Shown: positions 16,718 through 24,098 of the stretch, one piece after another | Layout: each line of letters starts with the position of its first letter | Numbering within the stretch: position 1 is the first letter of the stretch | IMG/VR virus record: IMGVR_UViG_3300048796_000186 | Location: 1 to 24,098 of that record | DNA from: a virus | Taxonomy: Duplodnaviria; Caudoviricetes | Strand: one strand, 5' to 3' | DNA length: 24,098 nucleotides | Notes under the pieces: generated by a model | Told to the model about the DNA's origin: nothing | The model's database searches: none | Seen by the model: the letters and a program-made list of their open reading frames with translations, nothing else | Position numbers and translations under genes: made by a program

Positions 16718-17207
16718 CCCGAAAACGATTCTGGCCGAGTGGGTGGCGGCGCTCCAGGCTCTGCCGAACCTGGTGGATGCCCTGGGCGGGGATGCCAGTT
16801 ACATCCAGTTCTACACCGAGAACGCCGTCGTCTTCGGCCAGCCCACGCAGAACAACATCCGGCTGGCGATCCTTTCGATGCCGCCCGGTTCGATCATGAT
16901 TGCCTGGCAGGGCACTGGGCCCGGCAGACTTGGCAATGCGCTCGTATTTGTGCATGATTTCTCGTTGTACTTGCGCGCGCCGGAAGAGGCCGATGTCGGC
17001 TACGAGGATCTCTTCAACTGGATCGTGAACGACGTGCCGGCGGGCAGCAGCCTGCGGATGCTGCACACCCAAGTCGATCCGAACTGCGAGCCGATGGACT
17101 TCTACCTGCCGTCGGCGCGCCGCAACACCGTCGTGATCAGCCCGGACGGAGCCACTTTCGAGTACTTCGAGGTGCCGGTTCGGCTGATCGAGTCCTATAA
17201 CCCGTAG
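16710..17207 (+). CDS. Putative tail terminator or neck protein
   Basis: Overlaps the previous stop; upstream of the tail tube gene; function inferred from position. Confidence 0.55.
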   Translation: MTNPKTILAEWVAALQALPNLVDALGGDASYIQFYTENAVVFGQPTQNNIRLAILSMPPGSIMIAWQGTGPGRLGNALVFVHDFSLYLRAPEEADVGYEDLFNWIVNDVPAGSSLRMLHTQVDPNCEPMDFYLPSARRNTVVISPDGATFEYFEVPVRLIESYNP

Positions 17208-17227
17208 TTGTCCGAGAGGAAAAAACA

Positions 17228-17398
17228 ATGGCGGAAATGGTATTTCTTCGATCGCCTCAAGGCGATGAGATCAAGGAAGTCGAGGCGACTGCGGAAAAAC
17301 TCTCACCGTGGATGTCCTCTGGATGGCATCAGGTTCCGGCGCCGACGGCGGCGCAGAAGCCAGCAGGTGAGATTGAGGAGGAAAAGCTGCATGGCTAA
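17228..17398 (+). CDS. Small protein (56 aa, MAEMVFLRSPQGDEIKEVEA...), absent from the ORF track
   Basis: GAGAGGA SD; stop TAA 17396-17398 overlaps the tail tube start. Confidence 0.7.
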   Translation: MAEMVFLRSPQGDEIKEVEATAEKLSPWMSSGWHQVPAPTAAQKPAGEIEEEKLHG

Positions 17399-18419
17399 CA
17401 TCAGTGAATTGCTGAACGGTTGGGGATTCGGCAAACAGACTGCCATTGGAACGGCCAACTTGGTGGCGACCATCTGGCGTCACACGAATCTCAATACCAA
17501 ACCCTGGGCGAAGGTCCCCGTGAACGAGGATGACCGGGCGGAAATCGGCAAAGGCCACGAGTTCCCAACGCAGCTCTTCAAGTCGCATTACAACATGCCG
17601 GCCTACGAGCTCTCGAAGTACGCCTCGTCGGAGTTCCTCGCGTGGGCGCTGTCCTTCTCTATGGGCAACGTTGTCGTGAGCGGTAGCGGTCCGTACGTTT
17701 ACACCATCGTTCCGGCCCTGGGAGCGACGAACCCGACCGGCCTGGAGCTGCCCTACTTCTCGTTCCTGCAACAGATCCGGCCCGGTGGGTCGGCGGTGTT
17801 GGACGAAATGCTGGTGGGCTGCGCGGTCAAGGGCTGGAAGCTCTCCATCAAGAACTCTCCAGGCCGCGCCAGTGCGATGTGCGCGGTGGAGTGCGTCACC
17901 ACCGGCCAGTACACTTCGCCAAGCGGCATCACGCTGCCGGCCATCTCCACGCCGCATGAATTCAATGCTGGCATGATCAGCGCTCTGACGTTCAACGGCA
18001 TCAACTATCTTGCCGGCGGCAGCGCCAAGCAGTTCGTGTCGATGGAAGCTTCCTGGGAAAACAACTTCCGGCCCGGCTTCTTCCCTGGCTCGGGAGCTCA
18101 GGATGGCTACCAGATCCAGGGGCGTTTCGAGTGGGGTGATCGGGCTTTCGCGGTGCAGTTTGTAGTGCGTGTGCAGGCGGGGTCGACCGAGTACGCAAAC
18201 CTGATCAACCTGACCACTGGGACGGCGACGTTCACCATGACCCGCGACGCCAACAACTCCTTCACGATGCTCATCCAGAAGATGGGCTTCAACGTCGCCG
18301 AACTCGGGAACACGGATGGCATCGTGACGCTCCAGATCACCGGTGTACAACTCTACGACCCCACCAACGGGATGGTCACGATGACCGTCACCACGCCGCT
18401 ACAGGGCATCTGCCAATAG
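17391..18419 (+). CDS. Major tail (tube) protein
   Basis: GAGGAGG SD before ATG 17391; 342 aa rich in Gly/Thr/beta strands; upstream of chaperones and tape measure. Confidence 0.75.
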   Translation: MANISELLNGWGFGKQTAIGTANLVATIWRHTNLNTKPWAKVPVNEDDRAEIGKGHEFPTQLFKSHYNMPAYELSKYASSEFLAWALSFSMGNVVVSGSGPYVYTIVPALGATNPTGLELPYFSFLQQIRPGGSAVLDEMLVGCAVKGWKLSIKNSPGRASAMCAVECVTTGQYTSPSGITLPAISTPHEFNAGMISALTFNGINYLAGGSAKQFVSMEASWENNFRPGFFPGSGAQDGYQIQGRFEWGDRAFAVQFVVRVQAGSTEYANLINLTTGTATFTMTRDANNSFTMLIQKMGFNVAELGNTDGIVTLQITGVQLYDPTNGMVTMTVTTPLQGICQ

Positions 18420-18428
18420 GAGGCTGAA

Positions 18429-19016
18429 ATGTTTGATGCGAGCAAACCCTTTGTGGTGCCGATCCTTTCGGGCGGCGAGAAGACCTGCGAGGTGCGGTTC
18501 CCCTCGGACGAAGAGTGGTGCGCCTGGGCTCGTGCGCAGCGCACCGTGCGCCATTTCCTGGGGCGGGGAAAATCGCAGAGCGAGGACGTGGACCTACCAA
18601 AGATCAACGCCGAACTTTTCGGCAAGATCCGCACCGACAAGGACGGTCCTGCCTTCGATGACGCCGAGGCCGGCATGGTGATCGGCCGCATTGAGCGGTG
18701 CGCCGTGGCCACCGTGGAACGCGAAGGGATCAACTACCGGACCGAAATGAAGGTCCCCGGCACGCGCGTGGTTCACGTGCTCCGCATGCCGACCGCGAAG
18801 GAGATGCAGGACCACGAGCGTGCTTCAACCAGCGTGGTCGCAGCGCGGCGCTCCATCGAGACGCGCGCGTTCCTGGAACCGAGCGGCGCCCTCTACGATA
18901 AGCTGCACATCTCGCACGACGGCTATGCTGCAGCCGTGCCGATCGTTCACAAGTCGGCGGCTGTGTCCGAGGTCATCGCCCAACTTGCCATCGAGGCTGA
19001 CGAAGACCCGGAATAG
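18429..19016 (+). CDS. Tail assembly chaperone (gpG-like)
   Basis: AGGAGG SD; follows the tail tube gene; ends in CCCGGAA-TAG. Confidence 0.7.
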   Translation: MFDASKPFVVPILSGGEKTCEVRFPSDEEWCAWARAQRTVRHFLGRGKSQSEDVDLPKINAELFGKIRTDKDGPAFDDAEAGMVIGRIERCAVATVEREGINYRTEMKVPGTRVVHVLRMPTAKEMQDHERASTSVVAARRSIETRAFLEPSGALYDKLHISHDGYAAAVPIVHKSAAVSEVIAQLAIEADEDPE

Positions 19017-19438
19017 CCGCGCCCGGCGACTGGCCGGAAGAGCCGGGCGTGCGATTCCTGATCCGGTCGGTGCTGCACCAGGGCGGGTTGTGTGGGCCTG
19101 ACGAAGAGTGTCCCGACCGCATCTTTCGTTGTCGGCGGTGCGGATATTCCGCGCAGACGGAATTGGATGGCTGCCCCGCCTGCAGTGCGGACTGGAAGGC
19201 CATCGACGTCAGCCACGGGCCCGACTGCCCGAAGAACCTGCTCGAAGAGGCGATGGATACACCGAATGGCGCTCTCGTTCGACGGTGCTTCCGCATTCTG
19301 AATGCGAAGAACATCGGGTTGACGATCACGCTGGCCGACATCACGGAAGAGGAGTTTAGGGTGCTGGAGTTCATCGAAGCTGAGCGTCAGGAGCAGGTCG
19401 GACATGGGGATGGCGGCCACAGGAAGACACTGTACTGA
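19001..19438 (+). CDS. Tail chaperone -1 frameshift extension (gpT-like) with a Cys4 ribbon; alternative own start GTG 19049
   Basis: The -1 frame is open from 19001 and overlaps the upstream stop; contains CRRCGY-x8-CPAC. Confidence 0.65.
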   Translation, partial: RRPGIAAPGDWPEEPGVRFLIRSVLHQGGLCGPDEECPDRIFRCRRCGYSAQTELDGCPACSADWKAIDVSHGPDCPKNLLEEAMDTPNGALVRRCFRILNAKNIGLTITLADITEEEFRVLEFIEAERQEQVGHGDGGHRKTLY

Positions 19439-19441
19439 GTA

Positions 19442-20248
19442 CTATTCGAGCCCCAGTTCTCTCCTGAGCTGGTCTGCCTGTTCTTCGCCGTCGGTCCACG
19501 GAACCATCTGGGCGTATCGCATCCGGATCTTAACCTTCGGGTCGTGCTTGTTGAGCTTAAACTCGTCGATAATCGCCGTCATGAGCGCCATGTAGGACTT
19601 TACCGCGATGGTGAAAGCGATTCCCGCCATAAGCTCGAACGACTCTTTCTGCAGATCTGCGAATCCTGTAAGCCCGGAATGGATGTACCAACTCAGGCGT
19701 GGATATTCCACGGCGTAGATCTCGTTGAAAGGCTGACCCAGCTTTTCCACGCGTTTCTGCAGCTTGAGCAGTGACCAATGCTGGACGTCGGGTCGGTTGG
19801 GCCATAGGGAATCACGCAATGCAGTAATGCGGGCACCTTCCAGTCTGATGAACTCCTGAAAAGTTGTCGCATCCACCTGGGCGTCTGGATTCGCGGCTTT
19901 GAAATCGATTATTGCTTGCGCTGAGCGCATTTTCTCCACGTCGATCAGGGCAAGCATCTTTTCCGGCCCCTGCGGAACTTCATCAATCACCGCGACATCG
20001 ACGGCAATTTCGAAAAGACCCCGCGCGGCAGATGCGATTCCTTGAACGTGCTTTACGTGGTTGAGCGCGAGTATGGACTCAACGTTGGCGAATGCTCGGT
20101 AGTAGTTGGCAGTAAAACATATCTCCCGCTGTGGTGGATTTAGAAGGCCTCGAATGATATTGCGGATTTCGAGCTTGTCGAAATTGTTCAGGCTCGTCAG
20201 GGTCGAAAAGAATCTTGCTGGTTCTTCGCGCAAGTTCTGAGATGACAT
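19442..20248 (-). CDS. Moron gene, DUF5677/HEPN-like all-helical protein
   Basis: Opposite strand inside the tail operon; visibly more AT-rich; ARGLFE and YPRLSWYIHS (R-x5-H) motifs; GAGGT SD before ATG 20248. Confidence 0.7.
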   Translation of the reverse strand: MSSQNLREEPARFFSTLTSLNNFDKLEIRNIIRGLLNPPQREICFTANYYRAFANVESILALNHVKHVQGIASAARGLFEIAVDVAVIDEVPQGPEKMLALIDVEKMRSAQAIIDFKAANPDAQVDATTFQEFIRLEGARITALRDSLWPNRPDVQHWSLLKLQKRVEKLGQPFNEIYAVEYPRLSWYIHSGLTGFADLQKESFELMAGIAFTIAVKSYMALMTAIIDEFKLNKHDPKVKIRMRYAQMVPWTDGEEQADQLRRELGLE

Positions 20249-20411
20249 CGCGGACCTCAATCTCTCATCCTACGCTTCTTGTTCCCGAGGTACGTTGCGC
20301 AGACGCTGGTCGTTTCGAAAGACCGACCAGTTATGCCAATCTCGGCGAACTGACCCGCGAATCGAGGTCGCATCGTGCGGCCTGTTGCGCAAGATCCTGC
20401 CGAAGGCAATC

Positions 20412-20870
20412 ATGCCCAGATTCCAAACTGTAATAAAGAGTGCCCGCTTCGTTTATTCGCACTACACGGCCACCGAGATGCAGGGCTTCGCGCAGGTGCT
20501 GGCGGATTCGATTCGGGCGCGCATCCAGAGCGGGCGGAACATCTACGACCAAGCGGCGGCGCCGCTGAAACCGGGACTATCTGGCCGCCGCGGCTACCCG
20601 GATTACAAAGCGGCGCGCGGCCTCCAGCCGATCCGCGATTGGACCTGGAGCGGGCATACCCTGCGCTGCCTCAAGGTCCTCACTGCGAATGAGAACCGCG
20701 CGGCGATCGGGTTCCTGGACGAAGCTCTCCCCGGTCGGCGACTGACAGCCTCGCAGATCGCCTTCTTCAATAACCGGCGCGAGGCGCAGTGGGGCGTGTC
20801 ACCGCGCGACCGCCAGGCGGTGCTCGCCGCATTCCTGGCGCGTCCCATCGTGATGCTAAAGGCAGCGTGA
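20412..20870 (+). CDS. Putative tail completion / virion morphogenesis protein
   Basis: Basic 152-aa protein with APLKP..Y..YK and RDWTWSG.TL pattern resembling Mu gpG / P2 gpS-like proteins. Confidence 0.55.
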   Translation: MPRFQTVIKSARFVYSHYTATEMQGFAQVLADSIRARIQSGRNIYDQAAAPLKPGLSGRRGYPDYKAARGLQPIRDWTWSGHTLRCLKVLTANENRAAIGFLDEALPGRRLTASQIAFFNNRREAQWGVSPRDRQAVLAAFLARPIVMLKAA

Positions 20871-20871
20871 A

Positions 20872-23800
20872 ATGGCAGACCAAGCGGAGCGCGTAATTCT
20901 CGAAGCCGAGGACCTTGTCACGCCGATGGTGGACAAGGCCAACGCCGGCCTCGACAGCTTCGAGAAGAAAGCTGAATCGTCGCACAGCAAGGTCATCCGG
21001 ATCTCGGATCAGACCCGCTCCAGTGTCCAGCGGCTCATTGCCTCCCTCGAAAAGCAGGCCGAGACCTACGGCAAGAGCGGCGTGGACCGCCTGATCACGC
21101 AGCGGGACCAACTTCTCCAGCGGTACAACCGCGAGCCCCAGGCCATCGACGCAATCACCAGATCCTACGAGAAGATGATCGCCATGGAAGAGAAGGCCGC
21201 GCGCGAAGCTCTCGCAGTCAAGGCGGCCAAGGAAGCGGAGGAGGCTCTACGGAAGCAGGCCGAATCCATCCAGTCGTTCGGCGACCGGGTTAGCCAGTTC
21301 ATGGAGAACCCGCTCCAGGGCGCGAAGGGTGCTCTCTCGTCTGTGCTGACGGCTCTTGGTCCTTTCGGCGTCGCGGTCACTGCCGGCGCTGCGGTGCTTG
21401 GCACCATTGCGGCGTCTGCATTCGAGGCGGCGAAGAGTCTCGGCGAATACGGCACCCGCGTGAAGGACGCGGAACTGCGCACCGGCTTGACCGCAAAGGA
21501 AGTCGGGCAGTTCGGTTTCGCGGCGCGCGCGGTCGGGCAGGACATCTCGATTGTCGAGCGCCTCATGCGCGGTCTGTCCCAGGCAGCCGACGACAATTCC
21601 AAGGAAGGTGAGAAGGCGCGGACCACCTTGCGCGGGATGGGCATCGATTTTCACACCGCCACCGGAGAGATGAAACCCACCTCCGAGATTCTGACGGAAA
21701 TTTCCGAGGGCCTGAACAAGCTCCCGGAGGGCCTTCAGCGGGACGCCGCCGCGATGGACCTGTTCAAGAAGGTGGGCGTGGAGGCAATTCCGTTCATGAC
21801 GGAACTCAACGAGAACCTGCGCGTCGCCCACGACCAGGGCTTCGGACCAACCGAGGAGGACATCCGCCGCTTTGCCGAATACCAGCGTGAAGTGACCGTG
21901 CTCGAAACCAAGTGGGATGCGCTGGTCCGCAAGTTCAAAGAGGGGCTGGTCGTCACCGTGACGTGGGTCGGGAAGGGTGTCGACTGGTTCCTCAACAACA
22001 TCAGCACCGCCGGAGACGATGAACGGGAACACCGCGAGGAGGAACAGGCACGCCAGGATGCTGCCGCCATTCGTGCGGCTGGCGGCGTTGGGGCGAAGAT
22101 GTCGATCTCCGGTCATCGTCAACAGGTTGCTGACATGGAGCGACAGGCGCCGGAGATCATGAAGAATCGCGATGCCACCTTGAAGCGCATCGAGGATTTG
22201 CGGGCCCAACAGCAAGGGCTGGTCGGCGATTTCGGCATCCTGCAAGCGATTGCGCCCACCCGCGACGAGGAGGCCCGAGCGAAGCGCGCGAACGATATCC
22301 AGGGCCAAATCCAGCAGTTGCAGAAGATGCTGGAGGATGCCAAGGCGGCCACCAAGCGGACAGACCTGCGTGCAGGCAAGGAAGAAACGGATCGCATTCG
22401 CGCCCGGTTCTTCGGCACGCACGACGGCATGGAGAAGGCTTACGCCGACGCCAAGAAGGATGTCGAGCGGCTCCAGAAGCAACTGCTCGAACCGGACAAG
22501 CCGTTGACGAAGGCTCAGGCACAGGATCTGGGCCAACAACTCCACGTCGCGGAAGCTACCGAGGCGCGGCGCAAGGCGGCATTGGACGCGGTGGCAAAGG
22601 GCGCGGATCAGCTCAGGGATTTCCGTCGCCAGGCGGCCGAGTTCGAGAAGAAGGGCGATGAAGCCGAGCTCGATGCTATCGGCAAAATCTACTATCAGCG
22701 CGATCAGCTTCTGCAGCAGGCCGCGAAGGTAAAGGCTTCGGAATCGGAGATTGCGGCGATCCGCAAGGCGGCGGACGAGCAGGCGGCCGTGATCTCGAAA
22801 AAGGCATGGGAGGAGTTCGAAAAGTACGCCGACAAGCAAGCGGCCGAGCAGCAGAAGAAAATGCTCGCGCTCATGTTGCCCTCCAAAGAGCAGATGAAGG
22901 AGTGGGAGGAAGGCTTCGCTGCGCAGGAACGGATCGAGGACATCGGGGTCCAGGCGCAGCGCGATGAATTGCGGCGGCGCGCGGCGCGATCTGCGCGCAT
23001 GGCGGAACTGACGATCGGCCAGGAAACGCCGATGGCAATGTCCGAAGCCGAAAAACGCGAAATGTCGGCTCGCAAGGAAGAGTCAGCCGCGCATCAAGCC
23101 TACCAGATCCGGCTCGATCTGGCCGTGCAGTTGGCTGGCATCGAAGCGGAACGGATATCGAAAGAAGAGAACGCGGCGAAGCGTTCCGTCCTGGCCGCGC
23201 AGGCGCAAAAGGAACTGTTCACCGATCTTGCGCAGGCCCAGGATCAGTTCAAGGAGAAGCAAGCGCAGATCCAGCAGAAGCGCGAGCAGGAATTGCAGTC
23301 TCAGATCGACGGACTGCAGAAGCAGGCCGAGAAGCTGTTCGAGGTTCTGTTCACCAGGCCCGCGAACTTCGGCAAGGATCTGCTCAACACGATCCACTCC
23401 GCGGTGCTCAAGCCGGTTACGGAAACGCTGGGCGCCGCTGCGGTAAATGTTCTCCATCCGATAATCTACGGGCCGGACGGTCAGGGCGGACTGAACGGAA
23501 TGTTGCGCGGCACGTCGAAGGACCCGGTGCGCGTAGCCACCGACCAGAACACCGCTGCGACGATGCAGAACAGCGCGGTAATGGCGGCGTTGACGGGCAT
23601 CCTCGCCGCCGGGATGGGGATCGCGGCACCGCACGTGTCTGCCGGAACTGCCGGAGTGCCGAGCATCGCCGTTCCGTCGATTTCCTCGGCAGCGCCGGCT
23701 ACCGGTGGCATGCAGGTGGCGTTGGCGGGTTATTCCCCGGCTCCCTGGAGTTCCAGCGGCGCGGGCGCTCCGGTATCTTCGGGCGGTGCCGGTAGTGTGG

Positions 23801-24098
23801 CTTCGGTGTCCGGTCCCGGTTTCGCCGACCTGGCCAACCTGCCGGTCTCCCATTCCGGTACCGGCATGAACCCGCTGGCGATGATCTTGGGGAGCAGTGG
23901 CGCCGGCGCGAAAAGCGGGAGTTCGGGCATCTACAGTCTGTTTTCGAAGGGCGGGTTTTCGAAGAGCCTGTCCAACCTGAAAGACTCGGTTTGGAACCAG
24001 AATGCGTGGGATGCGTATCCGAGCACCGCGGGCGGGTATGTTGCCGGGGGCGTGCAGGGAGTGGCCACCTCGCCGGCCGCCGGTGCGGCTGGCATGAT
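20872..24098 (+). CDS. Tail tape measure protein (partial, at least 1075 codons; absent from the ORF track because there is no stop)
   Basis: Open frame from ATG 20872 (MADQAERVILEAED...) to the window end; long Ala/Glu/Gln/Lys helices, then a Gly/Ala/Ser-rich segment. Confidence 0.9.
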   Translation, partial: MADQAERVILEAEDLVTPMVDKANAGLDSFEKKAESSHSKVIRISDQTRSSVQRLIASLEKQAETYGKSGVDRLITQRDQLLQRYNREPQAIDAITRSYEKMIAMEEKAAREALAVKAAKEAEEALRKQAESIQSFGDRVSQFMENPLQGAKGALSSVLTALGPFGVAVTAGAAVLGTIAASAFEAAKSLGEYGTRVKDAELRTGLTAKEVGQFGFAARAVGQDISIVERLMRGLSQAADDNSKEGEKARTTLRGMGIDFHTATGEMKPTSEILTEISEGLNKLPEGLQRDAAAMDLFKKVGVEAIPFMTELNENLRVAHDQGFGPTEEDIRRFAEYQREVTVLETKWDALVRKFKEGLVVTVTWVGKGVDWFLNNISTAGDDEREHREEEQARQDAAAIRAAGGVGAKMSISGHRQQVADMERQAPEIMKNRDATLKRIEDLRAQQQGLVGDFGILQAIAPTRDEEARAKRANDIQGQIQQLQKMLEDAKAATKRTDLRAGKEETDRIRARFFGTHDGMEKAYADAKKDVERLQKQLLEPDKPLTKAQAQDLGQQLHVAEATEARRKAALDAVAKGADQLRDFRRQAAEFEKKGDEAELDAIGKIYYQRDQLLQQAAKVKASESEIAAIRKAADEQAAVISKKAWEEFEKYADKQAAEQQKKMLALMLPSKEQMKEWEEGFAAQERIEDIGVQAQRDELRRRAARSARMAELTIGQETPMAMSEAEKREMSARKEESAAHQAYQIRLDLAVQLAGIEAERISKEENAAKRSVLAAQAQKELFTDLAQAQDQFKEKQAQIQQKREQELQSQIDGLQKQAEKLFEVLFTRPANFGKDLLNTIHSAVLKPVTETLGAAAVNVLHPIIYGPDGQGGLNGMLRGTSKDPVRVATDQNTAATMQNSAVMAALTGILAAGMGIAAPHVSAGTAGVPSIAVPSISSAAPATGGMQVALAGYSPAPWSSSGAGAPVSSGGAGSVASVSGPGFADLANLPVSHSGTGMNPLAMILGSSGAGAKSGSSGIYSLFSKGGFSKSLSNLKDSVWNQNAWDAYPSTAGGYVAGGVQGVATSPAAGAAGM

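Larger units (their letters stand above)
1..24098. mobile_element. Prophage or temperate phage late region (siphovirus-like, lambda GpA-type packaging); both ends lie outside the window
   Basis: Syntenic terminase-gpW-portal-protease/capsid-head/tail joining-tail tube-chaperone-tape measure order; no sheath gene seen. Confidence 0.95.

Noticed and set aside
17208-17390. Arg-rich N-terminal extension of the tail tube ORF
   Set aside because: Region is better explained by the 56-aa gene 17228..17398; SD supports ATG 17391
20295-20335. Minus-strand CGAAAC...GUC resembling a hammerhead ribozyme core
   Set aside because: No CUGANGA element at the required position
21247-22839. 530-aa Leu-rich reverse ORF
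   Set aside because: Mirror of Glu/Gln/Lys codons in the tape measure frame, which the ORF track omitted because it lacks a stop

Overview
GC-rich window covering the DNA-modification, packaging, head and tail modules of a temperate siphovirus-like prophage with a lambda-GpA-type terminase and portal. No integrase, att site or host gene is visible. Gene order: small ORFs; a repeat-containing non-coding gap; a C5-cytosine methyltransferase with an overlapping +1-frame partner ORF; two ParB-methyltransferase fusions flanking two Ala-rich orphan genes; a PD-(D/E)XK nuclease; small membrane/coiled-coil genes; a reverse three-gene block ending in DUF3489; terminase small and large subunits; gpW; portal; a bacterioferritin-like gene; a protease-capsid fusion; an extended DUF2190 protein; head-tail proteins; major tail protein; a tail-chaperone pair with a -1 frameshift signal; a reverse-strand HEPN/DUF5677-like moron; a tail-completion-like gene; and a tape-measure gene running off the end. 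The most notable observations are a degenerate bacterioferritin embedded in the capsid operon (encapsulin-like gene order), a dual-frame methyltransferase, and a rubredoxin-like Cys4 domain in the frameshifted tail chaperone. All family calls come from motif recognition by eye; no searches were run.
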